Shown: piece by piece, positions 26,906 through 39,435 of the stretch | How positions within the stretch are numbered: position 1 is the stretch's first letter | Layout: each line of letters opens with the position of its first letter | Source of the DNA: Rhynchobatus australiae | Taxonomy: Eukaryota | Assembly: GCA_034780895.1 (NCBI GenBank) | Contig: JAUZTB010000118.1 | Location: 55,567,942-55,631,847 of the forward strand | Reading direction: 5' to 3' | DNA length: 63,906 nt | The notes under the pieces: generated by a model | What the model was told of the DNA's origin: nothing | Database searches by the model: none | Seen by the model: the letters and a program-made list of their open reading frames with translations, nothing else | Translations under genes and position numbers: made by a program

Positions 26906-28399
26906 GTATGTAAATAAAAAGAGATTGCTCATTTTATTGATGGTGGTTCTTGAATTGAAATATGTCGTCAGAATTACAGATTTTCTGCTTGCTGTACGTC
27001 TTGTTTTTCATATAATTGGGTAAAATGAATTGACAGTCGATTTGAGTTCTATGAATTATAAACCTACTGGGCTAATGTATATGTTTTGCACATTCACTTA
27101 TGTTTGGTTGTTTCATGAATTGTACTACCATGGAAACTAGATTTGTCCACATGCCTATCCATTTTTGTCTGATTGTTTGTTACTGTTTGACCATAGCCAG
27201 CAACAATATGTAGGCATTCCTCCTGTGATCCCCGATATTTGCTTGCAGCAGACAAGTTCATTAACAATTAGGAGCAGACATCCTTTGTTTAATTCTTTTC
27301 TAACCCAAAGCTGCTGAGATGGCAATGCCGATACAGTCACTTTGTTTGAGATTGGTTCTCTTGTCATGTTCAATCTTCAGTCATTGCCAAGTTTCTCCCT
27401 GGACAAACCTCCTATGTCATTGAAAACTTTTGTTTTATAATTTCCAAATGTAAAAGTGCTATTTCCTGTTTTTTAAAGTTTTTTTAAAATTTTGTCATTT
27501 TGCCTTGAGTTTAGATTCTCAGAAAGGAAGTTATCCAATGTATTTATAGTTACTATTTATTGGTTGCTTAATTTAGATTGTTTTTCTGTTTATGGATTCT
27601 CCTGAATGTCACTGTCATTCTGTAAAAGCCAATTTTTGTTTCTGGGCCTTTGTTACCTCTAGACTTTGTTCATTTGGAATTTTCTTCTTTAGGCTTGGTT
27701 TCTCTCTCTTACCAAAATCGTATCCACAACATTTGCATTATTTCTACTGTTCTATTGCATCTTGTTTCATTTTTCAGTGAAGTTGCACTCAGTGTTCCTC
27801 ATTGAAGCTTAATATGNNNNNNNNNNNNNNNNNNNNNNNNNNNNNNNNNTGTGTTTTTAAAAAAAACATATTGACTGTATACTTGTTGAACTATTTCAAG
27901 CTGTACAACTGCTTGAAGAGGAAAGGCAAGCATGTGCCATGAGCTGTAGAAGCAGCTTTAATCTGTTTATACATAAAAGGCTTGTTATTAACGTTCTCTT
28001 GTCCAATTGTTTACAGATGTCTGGAGAGTATATGCCTTTTAAACTCCTTTCTCCCTATTGTTTTCCAAGCCATTATTACTTGTGGACCCCTTTGGTTCAA
28101 AATTGGTCGTCCAGTTTTTTTCTCTCTCTGCCATCTCTTTGATACACCTGATTTTGTATTTACTGTGAAACATGGAAGTTTCCTGTGCTGAATTCAACCA
28201 TAATACATATTTCTATCAGCACTTCTACCGTACGCCCTCATCTAACTTGATGAAGAGATTTGCATCTATAGTGTCCTCCAGAACCCTGAGACAGGCCAAG
28301 CTCATAATATCCAACATAATCATAGTTACGGTATAGCATACAAAAGACTGTCAGTGTAGAGTTCAAAAGAATGTGTAGTGGCTGGTTTTGTGGCTTTAG

Positions 28400-28530
28400 T
28401 TGGCCTTGATGCCAGTTAGTGCTTTAGGATCTTTCGAATATACAGCCCATAGGACCCTGGTTTAATAATCTCATCTGAACATGGTTTTTCTGTCTCAGTG
28501 TGCGACACTGCATTGGAGATTAGCACATGT
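28400..28530 (-). mobile_element. Deu-domain SINE remnant
   Basis: 'ggatcttt...ccctggtttaataatctcatctgaa...actgcattggagattagc' resembles the reverse complement of the Deu domain and head. Confidence 0.45.
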
Positions 28531-29511
28531 TTATTTAGGGCAAATGAACATGCAATAGAATGCATGTTGCATTCAAATTTTAAACAAAATGTTTCAGATT
28601 AGCATTGATACCTTTTTATTTATATATATATATATATATAATTTATTTATATTANNNNNNNNNNNNNNNNNNNNNNNNNNNNNNNNNNNNNNNNNNNNNN
28701 NNNNNNNNNNNNNNNNNNNNNNNNNNNNNNNNNNNNNNNNNNNNNNNNNNNNNNGTAATAGGCAATGAAAATTGCACTCTGTTCTCAATTCCTGAATAAC
28801 AGCTTTGGGGAAAAGGGTGCTTTCAGTTAAGGGCCATAGACTTGCCTCTTCCAATATCTCGGTTTCAAACCTCATTTTGTCCTTTTTTGCTTTCCTTCTC
28901 TCTGGGAAAGAGGCCTTTTTAAAGACATTTATTTTTTTTCAGTCACTTGCTATCAATGACCTCAATCTGATTTTTTTTTTTCCCCCTCCCCTCTTGGTAT
29001 AGCTTTGAAAAATCAACTGTTCATTAGTTTCTGTTCACTTTCTGAACTTTTACAACAATGGACCCTTATGTTTTCGGTTTGACATAAAGTGAGCTGTGAT
29101 GTACCACAAACTGAATATGCTTGGTGTCTACAAAATCTGATGAATTCACATTATTTAAAAATACAAGAGAACCAATCCCAGAATCTTAATTTTCTAAGAA
29201 AAATTAGTCAGTAATAGCAAACNNNNNNNNNNCTCCTGGAACCAGGCAGGATTACTATTAAAGGTATTTTCTTTAACCTCCATTCTATGAATGTGGATAT
29301 TTTCTTATTGTTCAGTGGTCATCACATCATTCACAAATGTCCAGTAGTATAGCCCAATTTTTCATGACTTTAGCATATGGTAACAAGAATATTTTGGAAC
29401 CTTTACTGAAAACCCAAATTGTGTAGACATGATAATCCACTACATAAAATTGGCCTTATTGAAAAGTAATTGTTGCATTCATTGCATTAAGTTACTATGT
29501 TGGCATTTCAG

Positions 29512-29631
29512 GTGAAATATTTTCAGAAAACTTTGGGCCAGATTTTCGTGAAGGAGAAGATTTCTTTACAGTCTTCGCTATTTTCTTCCCTGCTGCTACT
29601 GGTATTCTTGCTGGGGCAAACATCTCTGGTG
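29512..29631 (+). CDS. SLC12A2: SLC12A2 exon 8 equivalent (TM6); 3' end (~8 nt, 'DLA') lost in the N gap
   Basis: catttcag|GT GAA ATA TTT...; encodes (G)[39 protein letters not shown], then runs into Ns at 29632. Confidence 0.95.
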
Positions 29632-30799
29632 NNNNNNNNNNNNNNNNNNNNNNNNNNNNNNNNNNNNNNNNNNNNNNNNNNNNNNNNNNNNNNNNNNNNN
29701 NNNNNNNNNNNNNNNNNNNNNNNNNNNNNNNNNNNNNNNNNNNNNNNNNNNNNNNNNNNNNNNNNNNNNNNNNNNNNNNNNNNNNNNNNNNNNNNNNNNN
29801 NAATGTCGTTAATTATTGTTATATTGCTGCTAAAATGTAATGGATTTTTCATGACATTTCACCTTGTTGTGCGGGGTTTTTTAAATTGTATTATCTTGCA
29901 TGAAATTGGAGTAGAACTAATGGATCTGTAATTTGCCCATTCTTTTCACTTTTGGCTTCTATCTCTGCCACAATACTGAAAGTCCATGTGGGATTTCATT
30001 TGCAGTTTCTAACATGACTGATTGCAGTGAACTGTACTGCTTCACTCTGACAACAGTTCTATCTCATCATCTCCCTTGATCCTACTGCTGCCTCTGATTT
30101 GTCACACTGCTTGACTGACTCCAGTGGCAGAGATTTTCCCTCTAAGTATTGTAAAGACCAAAGTCATCGTCTCTGGTTGAGGTTGTATGGCATATTTTAC
30201 TATCTTTTGTTTTATTTTGCCTCTAGTTTAGCTGCTGGCACTAAATTCTCCCCAGTCTAAAGAATTTCTGTTTCCACCTATTGCTGTCTCAGCTCATCCA
30301 CATAACTTCAATCTATGCATTCATTACTACAATTTCAACCAGTCCAACACTTCTCCAGCCTCTCCTACCATGTTAGGATTCAGTTGGTCCAAGTTAGTAC
30401 TGCCTTTATCCTAATGTTTACACTGTTACTTGACAGCCCACTGGCTTTTGATCCAGGAATCTTTCCATTTTTAACTGCAGGTACAAAATCCGAAATAATT
30501 AAAATTTTTGGTCTATGATCCTAAAACAAGGAATAGTTAGACCATGAGCATGCTCTAAGTTGCAGGGGAGGCCAAGAGAAAATAGACGGCCAAGATACAG
30601 ATGGTGTCGGTGCAAACTAAGGGGATGGTGAAGGCTTGTGCTGCTAAAACATTTGGAGATGATGTAAATAGAGAGGGATTAATGCAAATAGTAGTAAGTG
30701 AGGAGCATATGGGAGTGTGATGAGATAGGGTGGTGCGGGGGCAGTGATTGGGGGAGAAAGTGTTGGAACGGAGAGAGAACACCAGTTTCTAGAAATCTG

Positions 30800-31310
30800 T
30801 TAAGAGGAGAATGCTGAAAATACCCAGTAGGTCGGACAGCACTTATGGAGATGAGAAAATTCAGTTAGTTTTAAAGATTGAATATCTAGCAAAAGAACTG
30901 ACACAAACCTGAAGAGTTGGTTATCTGAAATTGTTGAATTCAGTGATTTCTGAGGGTTGCAGTTTACCTAGGCAGAAGATGAGCTGCTATTCCTCAAAAC
31001 TTTCATTGGGCTTTGTTAGGGAAAAAATAGAGGCAACAGGTAGTGATTTGGTGGGGGTGGGAGGATGTGAAGAATTGAAGTAACAGGTAACTGGAAGCTT
31101 GGGATCATCCTGATCAGAGATGTTCTCCAAAGCAGTCATCCAATGTATTTTGGTTTTTCCAGTGCTGAGACCACATGAGTACTGAATACAGTACACCAAA
31201 CTGGAAGAAATGCAGGCAAATTGCTGTTTCACCTGGAAGAGTGGTTTAAGTCCTTGGATGGTGAGAAGGGAACAGAGAAAGTGTTGCATCCTTTGGGAAT
31301 GCAGAAGGGG
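30800..31310 (-). mobile_element. Penelope-like element (GIY-YIG endonuclease region plus tail)
   Basis: Minus ORF TIQGLKPLFQVKQQFACISSSLVYCIQYSCGL.TGKTK (the FTC.SSN.VYCI.C..CG..YIGET motif, decayed); tail 'gaatgctgaaaatacccagtaggtcggacagca'. Confidence 0.75.
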
Positions 31311-31319
31311 GAGGGAAAG

Positions 31320-33270
31320 TGGTACGCAAGGAATCGACACTATTATAGGTGATCTTAATCTGCTTATTTATTGGACTAATCAAACTGGTAAGGGTACCAT
31401 GGAAGTGGAATTTCTGGAGTGCATCTCATTGATTGTTCTGAGAAAGATTACAGAACCCACCTGGGGAGGGCTACTTTTGATTTGGGGGGGTCATGTGTAT
31501 TGAAGAATGATGGGAGATCTTTTGGACAGTCCTCTAGGGTAGTGATTGCATGGTAAAATTCCTGATGTTGTTTGTGGGCAAACACCAGTGGTTCAAAACC
31601 AGTGTCCTCCAATTAGGGGCAATTTTGTAGGCAAGATGGAAAAGCTATCTTGAATGGGGATGTGGGGTGGGGGGCGCTTGGTGGTGGGTTGGTAAGGCTG
31701 AAGAAAAGTTCAGTGGANNNNNNNNNNNNNNNNNNCATCCAGAAAAGAACTTTATGTGAGAGAACCACCATTCATGGTTAACAAAGGAAGCCAAGGAAAA
31801 TACTAAATTAAAATTAAAGCCTACAAAATAAGCTAATGGTAAACCAGAGGATTGGAACACTTTCAGGAGGCAGCAACAAAGGACTAAAGCAAATGTGGAA
31901 GAAAATTGATCTTTGAGAGTAAACTGGCAAGTAATAAGAAAATAGCAAGAGCTTCTGCAGATATATAAAGTGGTAGATAAGTGTGGGTCCCCTGGAGGGT
32001 GAGACAGGGAATTGAGGAAATGGCGAGTCATGCAAACCAATAGTGGAAGTCACCGCAGGCATCCCAATGATAACAGATTAACTAACTAGTTCTAAACAAG
32101 AGGAAAATATCTGTAATCCTGTTATGAGAGGATTGAGAAAACAATGGGATTAAAGGTAGACAAGTCTCTAGGACTTGATGACCTGCATCGAAGTGTTTTG
32201 AAGGAAGAGGCTACAGGGATAGTAAGGCCATTGGCTGCAAATTTTCAAACTTGCTGAGTTCCAGGAGGGTACCAGTGAATTGGAAAACTGAGTGCAACAT
32301 CCCTGTTTAAGAAGGGAACGGGGACAAATCATGGAAAAACTATAGACCTGTTAGCTTAATATTGTTAGAAAGATGCTGAACTGCATAATCAAGATAGTTG
32401 GGATGTCAAAAGTGGGTCTTCTACAACTGAAAATTTATGAAGTATCCCAATTATTGGTCATTGGCCCTCAGTTATTTACTATCTGGTATTCACTTGGAGG
32501 AAGGAGCAGGGTATTGGCTATTCAGGTTTGCTGATGACATAAAACTAGCTGGAAGGGCATGCTGTGATGAGGATATTTGGGCTCTGTAATGGGATATAGA
32601 AGAGTTGAGTGAGTGGACAAAAACTTAAGCAAATGGAGGAAAGTGTGAGGTCATGCCCTTCAGTAAGAGGATTCAAGAGACAGACTATTATCTAAATGGG
32701 GAGAGACTGCAAATAAGTGGGAGTGGGATCTTGGTGTTGTGCAGGAAACAAAAATGCAGGTGTGGTAAGTAACTAAGAAGGCCAATATTTATTGCTAGGG
32801 ATTATAATTTAGAAATGAAGTATTGTTACAATTGTTTGAAGTGTTGGTAAGGCTGCACCTGGAGTAATGTGTGCAGGTTTGGCCCCCTTAAGGATATACT
32901 CGTATTGGATGCAGTCCAAAAGAGATTTGCTAGTCTAATTCCTGGGATGAGAGAGTTGTCCTGTTGGAAATGGCTAAAAAGGTTGTATCAGTGCTCTTTG
33001 GAGTTCAGAAGAACAAGGGATGATCTTAATGCAGCACAAGATCCTAAAAGGCCTCAAGGTAAATATTAAGATGTTTCTACAAATGGAAAAGTCCTGAAAC
33101 AAGGGGACATAGATAAAAGTTGAAAGAGAATTATTTTAAACTGATGTGTAGGAATTTCTCCTTTTTGTGGGTGATGAATCTATTTCACAGTGTGGTGGAG
33201 GCTAGATCACTTGAGGTATTTAGAGGTAGCTCTATTTTGAACGATTAGGGAATTGAGGGCTAAGTAGCTC
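31320..33270 (+). mobile_element. Decayed CR1 LINE (ORF2 with internal deletions)
   Basis: Remnants IIGDLN..I.W, DKSLGLDDLHRSVLKE, NYRPVSL, LGPQLFTI, RFADDIKL, RLHLE*CV and LDAVQKRFASLIPGM. Confidence 0.85.
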
Positions 33271-34027
33271 TCAAAGTACACCTTTTAAATGCAATTGAGA
33301 GTATCTGCCTGTATTGCCCTTTGTCGTCAAGTTTCTTCCAAGTTGGTGAGTTTTTCCCCATATCTTCCCATTAATCCTTTCACCACTTATTTTAACTCTT
33401 GTCCCCTGCTTTTTGACCCTTCTACTAGGGAACTAGATCACTGCTCATCACTATATGCACCTCAATTTCACCTTTTCCAACTCTGTTCTGAAGAAAATAA
33501 CCTCACTTCCTTATCTGATCTTCCATCATAGTTTATTTTGAACTTGCTGATCTTGTGCAAGTACTTGGGCGCATCCAATTCTTTTTAAAAGTGCCTCTTT
33601 TTTCCTGAAGTGTTAAGAAATCATCTTCAAGGCACTTTTTTTGCTCACTCAATTAGCTAATTGAAATTTACAAACCCTGTGTATGCTGTTTAGTTTAACT
33701 ATGTCCAAGTTCATGTTAATCTTGATCTAGTACCTTTGCCACCATCTGAGGAATATTGTTGCTTCTATTTTTTTTGGTGCTATTTTCAAATACAAAGTCC
33801 AAGATTCCTAGTTTTTGAAGAAAATGTACAACATTTACTCGTTCCAATTTTCTAAACCTCCTGGTTTTCATAATGCGGATGCAGGGTCGATTTGAGCTCT
33901 GGCTTTAAAATAGCCTACTTGGTTCTGATACTGGTATCCTTTTGTCAAACAGTACTGTAAAGTTAAAAATGAGGATAAATAAGATGCAAAGTATAGAGGA
34001 TTTTAATTTTTTTTCATCTTTAAATAG

Positions 34028-34112
34028 GATCCACAGTTAGCCATACCTAAAGGTACACTCTTGGCTATTTTAATCACCACAATAGTCTATGCAGGAGCGG
34101 CTGTTGCTGCAG
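34028..34112 (+). CDS. SLC12A2: SLC12A2 exon 9 equivalent (TM7), 85 nt, phase 0/1
   Basis: taaatag|GAT CCA CAG...GCT GCA G|gtaaag; encodes DPQLAIPKGTLLAILITTIVYAGAAVAA(G). Confidence 0.96.
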
Positions 34113-34303
34113 GTAAAGTTTTTTTTTCTCTCTTGTACAATGTTTTTACCCAAATAAAGATGGTATTACAATTAAGAATATTTTCATTTAATTTGCAATG
34201 TTCCATATTGTTTGTCTTCAAAAATCGAGGAAACAATTATAATAATGCAGTGACCTTGAATAAAGAGAGGTTTGAGTGTTGCTGTAAAAATTCTGGTTAA
34301 AAC

Positions 34304-35775
34304 CTTTGGAATCTTGCCCATTTTTATTTAAATGGAATGTCAGTCATTGAGTTCTTCCTGTGAACCTGATTTTTAGTGAAGCAGTTGGCTTGGGTTATCC
34401 AGCTATAATTTTTATTTCAATACTGCAAACTCAATTGTTGTTGTTTCCAATAATTATTCATCCAAAATTTCTACCTCCTTATTTTGATTTATTAACATGA
34501 AATTGGTTGGTTTCATACTAATCATATAATGGGTAGGTTGATTATTTTCAAGTTGGAGTAACTTCATTTGCTTTCTCTTAACATTCTTGATGCCAATGTG
34601 CACAGAACGTTTTGTTTACTGATTTTTCTTTAAACTTGATTATTAGTAGTTTTGTAGTGAACAATATTTTAAAAGCTTGCCTTTTTATGTTGTGCAAACT
34701 AGGAAGTGGTTTAGTCAACATAGTACTTTTAAGTGAATTGGCTGAAGTGAAATATGGACAAATATATATCACTCTGACCTATTCCCAGGACCTTATGTTA
34801 TCTACTCATTAGGGAATAAAAATATCCACCATTGGGAGAAAAAAAACAAGTATTCTGATAGGATTGATGTCAATTAATTCCTACTGGAACTCTACACATT
34901 TCTTAATATTAGGGCTTTGTAAATGATTAGTGTATTGAAACAGTGAACCTTGACTAATAAACAATTTAATAACCACCAAAGCTATATGAAGATGAACTAG
35001 AATTTGCAAGTGAAATTTCTGTATAGGAAATACCATCTTGTAAAATAACAATTTTTTTTAAAAAAAAGATGCATGCCATTCTAGAACACTCCAGTCCTGT
35101 ATCCTGTTATTTAGTTGGTGATCTCACTGGGTGGATGTCAGACCGTGTGATCTGAAGCATCTTCTGTATGTAGTGTATTTATTCATTATTATTTATGAAG
35201 CTGAGAGGTTTGAAATGTTATTGCTATAGCAGGCCTGTTTTGGGAATGCTGTAAAATTAATTTATGATGCAAACTCCTTCATCTTGAAATACTCAGAATG
35301 GTGCTTGTGTTAAGTGAAACAGCAAATCTTCAAAAAGAAATCAAAATCAGTGTCTGTTTGGGCAATTAAAATGGGATTTAATTGTTTAACTTTCAGCATT
35401 TAGTGTTGAAGNNNNNNNNNNNNNNNNNNNNNNNNNNNNNNNNNNNNNNNNNNNNNNNNNNNNNNNNNNNNNNNNNNNNNNNNNNNNNNNNNNNNNNNNN
35501 NNNNNNNNNNNNNNNNNNNNNNNNNNNNNNNNNNNNNNNNNNNNNNNNNNNNNNNNNNNNNNNNNNNNNNNNNNNNNNNNNNNNNNNNNNNNNNNNNNNN
35601 NNNGACATTGCATGGATGATGCTTGGCGAACTTTTGAAATTATTCTTTGAAATCTTGCCCATTTTTATTCAAATGGATTGTCAGTCATTGAGTTCTTTCT
35701 GTGAACCTGATTTTTAATGAAGCAGTTGGTTTGGGTTATCCAACTACAATTTTTGTTTCAATACTACAAACTCAA
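34304..35775 (+). repeat. Diverged local direct repeat: 131-nt copies at 34304-34434 and 35645-35775
   Basis: Ungapped alignment with 10 mismatches by my count, 9 of them transitions. Confidence 0.9.
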
Positions 35776-35929
35776 AACTCTTCTGTAGTAAAGAATTGTT
35801 TAATTGTGCTCTTTTTTTAAAACCTTAATTTTCTAGCTACAGCACGATGTCTATATAGAAGTGAGGCAGACAAAGATGCCAGTCAATTGGGTAATTCATC
35901 ATGCAGTACAAGCCAATGCATATTTTGTA

Positions 35930-37860
35930 CAAAAACTGAAAACTCCAGAACCACTCAGGTTGAATAATGTCCAGATGGAAAGAAACTGAGTCAACCTTTT
36001 TGGGTCAATGACTTCTCATTAGAACTAGTAAAGTGGGAAAACAATTGCTTCAAGGTGCAGGAAAGGGTAGGGATGTAGAGAACAAAGGGAATGCCTTTTA
36101 AAGGGTGCCGACCAAATATGTCATGGTTAAAATTACTCATTGATAGAAAAGACAAAAACAAATGAATACGTTGAAACAGAAATACAGTATACCCTGCATT
36201 ATGGAGGTTTTTTCCTCAAAGACCACCCATATCAAGATTTTCCATAACGTGACCCCTTAACAAAAATTGACAAAAGTTTGTTGTATCTTTCACATTTTGT
36301 TTTAGTTTTATTTTTCTCACAGATTCCACGAGAGCAAATTTTCATTCTTTGAAATGAAACAAGAATTTTTTTGCAATGATTTATGAATCCAAAAGGGTGA
36401 ATTTCTGTTACCTGAACTGCCATAACACGGGTGGGGGTACAATCTGTGGAAACAAAAAACTGGATACCTGAAGTTACTGAATTTGATATAGTCTCAAGGG
36501 CTGCAGTGTTCCTAGATGGAAGATAAGGTGCTGTTTCCCCAATCATGCTTTGGGTAATGTTCCTACAATGTAGGAGGCACAGATGGAGAATTATTGATCA
36601 GTGACAAGAAGCTCAGGGTCACCTTCCCTGATTGAATAGGGGTATTCCGCAAAGTGGTCATCCAGTCTGCGTTTGGTTTCTCCAGAACATCATACGAGTG
36701 CTGAATGCAATACACTAAATTGGAAAAGGTGCAAGTAAATTGCTGCTTCACTTGGAAAGACTGTTAGGGTTGCTAGATACTGGGAGGGGAGAAGTAAAAG
36801 GTTTGGTATTGCATAGAATGTGTATTGAAAATGAGAGTGGTGGAAATCAGAGTTAGAAGGAATGGCCCCTTCAGAATGGTATATTTTCTGATGTGACTTT
36901 CTACACCAGTGCCTTTTTGAGATGGCTTCCATTTTCCTTGACCTTGGCTTCCCCGCTCCAGTATAGTTGATAGGTATGTCCATTGCATTGCCTCCCTGCA
37001 CTCCTCTCCCCCTTTCCTCCTAGCCTGAACAAGGATAGGGCTCTTTATCCTGGTTTTCCAGCTCAACCAGTCTCCATATTCAACATCCATAATTTTGTTT
37101 TACTTTTGGTGGAATTCAGCTGCCAGACACTACTGCCACTTTCCTCCTCTTCCCCCTTTAAGTATTCCAGGACTCGCTCGTTCACTCTATATATCTCTTC
37201 CAACCACTTTCCCCTTTGTGGCACTTTCCTGTACAATTGCAGGAGGAACAACTAACTACCCTTTTACTACTCGCAGGAACCCAAGCAGGTCTTCTAGGTG
37301 AGGCATCAATTCTTCCCTGGATTGGAAAAATCAAATGTAAATCTGTGTTTTGCAAAGTAGTTTGCCACCATTCCATTTGTAAGGATGATCTTGGAGTTTC
37401 CTGTAGCTTTTAATTCTAAATTCCATTCCCACTCTGGCCCTCCTACCTTATAATGCAGCCCAGTGNNNNNNNNNNAACACGAGGAACAGCACTAGGTCTT
37501 GTCTGGGAATGTTGCAACAGTTATGGCTCCATTGATTTTAGCAATCTCAGGTAACCATATTTTTTTCTCTTTATAAATGTTGCTGGATGCTTCTGTTTCA
37601 GTTTAAAAAAAATTTTTTCGTTTTCATTTTCTTCCATCTCAATTGCCATTACCAAGACAACCATTGTTTTAAACAATCTCCTTTCTCGGATATTCCCTCT
37701 GTTCTCTCCACCCCTGTTCTGCAGTTTATGGCATGCTTGTTTTCCTTCCTTTTTATGATTCTGATAAAAGATCAGTAACCTGAAACATTGACTCTCTCTC
37801 CATGGATGCTACTGGACCTGATGTGTTTTTGGCATTTTGTTTGTATTTTCCAACATTTGC
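35930..37860. mobile_element. Divergent pair of Penelope-like fragments (- strand ~35930-36780; + strand ~36940-37860)
   Basis: Minus ORF KQQFTCTFSNLVYCIQ. Plus-strand NKDRAL.. and GTFLYNCRR..YPFT remnants. PLE tails at both outer ends ('ctgataaaagatcagtaacctgaaacattgactctctctccatggatgct'). Confidence 0.7.
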
Positions 37861-37901
37861 TCCAGTAACACTGCATACTTTTTTATGTACCTTTTTATCA
37901 G

Positions 37902-38056
37902 GTGCTTGTGTTGTGCGTGATGCTACTGGGAACCTGACCGATATGATCGCCCCTGGAACGGTGACTAACTGCACGACTGCAGCCTGTAAATTGGGTTTCA
38001 ATTTCTCCTACTGTGCCACAAATAAATGTTCTTATGGTTTAATGAACAACTTCCAG
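37902..38056 (+). CDS. SLC12A2: SLC12A2 exon 10 equivalent (glycosylated extracellular loop between TM7 and TM8), 155 nt, phase 1/0
   Basis: tttatcag|GT GCT TGT...TTC CAG|gtgaga; encodes (G)[51 protein letters not shown], with the loop cysteines and sequons NLT, NCT and NFS. Confidence 0.96.
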
Positions 38057-38720
38057 GTGAGAAGAGAAATCAAGTCATTTCTTCATCTCTTCAATGTGTA
38101 CAATCAATTTGTTAAGAAATTGCATATGACTAACATGTTAATGGGTTCTTGATAATTTCACTAAATATTGATGAATCATAATTAGAGACTTGGTCGTGGA
38201 TTGCATTCAATTCCAGTGATGCATCAAAAGGCTTTTGGTGAGAATATTGTTTTACTGTTGATTTTGGGCTTAATCTTAATGTAGGTGCTGCTGACCATAA
38301 CACATCTGGAGAATATGTCCACTTCCAGATGAATAGATCTGGAAGGATTTTACAGTACCTGTTGGCTAAGTACAGGATGTGCCAATAATCTTACTTTTTG
38401 GATTTAAAAAAACAATAAAATTGTTTTCCTATTTAGAAATGTGTAAATATTACAGATTGATCAGTAGTAATAATTTGCAACGTAGGACAGTAAATTAAAG
38501 CAACAGAGGTGCTTCTTTAGTTCCTTTTCAGTAGAAAAAGAGAAGCAGATTCAATATATAATTTGCTTTATGGTATTACTCCTTACAGATCCTAACAATT
38601 GGACTTTGCCTATCATTCAGGAATTACTTCATTGAAATTCAGTGAGCAGCACCATAAAGTTCTGTGGGTATTTCCTCTGTTAGAATAAACTGTTTGTTCT
38701 GATTAATCCTACTTGGGTAC

Positions 38721-38930
38721 AAAGTAGCACAATGGCACAGCTGGTAGAGTTGCTGCCTCGCAGCACCAGAGATTGGGGTCCAATCCTGACCACCTGGTTT
38801 TGTTTGTGTGGTTTGCATGTTCTCCCTATGACTGCATGGATTTCCTCCAAATGTTCTGGTTTCCTTCCATGTACCAAAGATGTGGGTCAGTAGGTTAATT
38901 AGCTACTGTAAATTTCCCCAGATGTGTTGG
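38721..38930 (+). mobile_element. tRNA-derived SINE (HE1/V-SINE type)
   Basis: A-box-like 'tggcacagctggt', B-box-like 'ggtccaatcc', and core 'tttgcatgttctccc...ggttaattagctactgtaaatt'. Confidence 0.8.
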
Positions 38931-39339
38931 ATACTCAGGTNNNNNNNNNNNNNNNNNNNNNNNNNNNNNNNNNNNNNNNNNNNNNNNNNNNNNNNNNNNN
39001 NNNNNNNNNNNNNNNNNNNNNNNNNNNNNNNNNNNNNNNNCCCCCCTCTCTCTCTCTCGCCCAGACTGACATTGACCAGTTGTTTCAACAACGTCATGAC
39101 GTTCTTTATCTTCTGTTGACGTAAGCACAGCATGCACACGCACAATCTAAAGGGGACACTCACTAATAGACCTAGTCCATAACAGTAGTTGAAGGATTCT
39201 TTTTGTTTTGCTCAGTAATTGTCTGTCATAAATTAAATCTTTAGCCTAGCTACACCAGGAGAAGACTGGGTTTTCAGTGATCTGGTCTGTATTGCAGTAA
39301 TGCCAACAAAAGGATACAGGATTGACCATTATTAATAAT

Positions 39340-39435
39340 TCTGATGAAGAGTCTTCTACCTGAAACATTGACTGTCTTCCCAAAGTTGTGGCCTGACTTG
39401 AGTATTTCCAGCATCTGTAGTTGTTTTTTGATTTT
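39340..39435 (+). mobile_element. Penelope tail fragment with a hammerhead-like core
   Basis: 'ctgatgaagagtcttctacctgaaacattgac...gcctgacttgagtatttccagcat'. Confidence 0.65.

Noticed and set aside
29632-29801. Apparent truncation of exon 8 (pseudogene)
   Set aside because: The exon simply runs into an assembly gap, and all other exons are intact and in phase.
38721-38800. tRNA genes (also ~3860, ~48830, ~57300)
   Set aside because: The A/B-box-like heads continue into SINE core sequence and do not form a cloverleaf.
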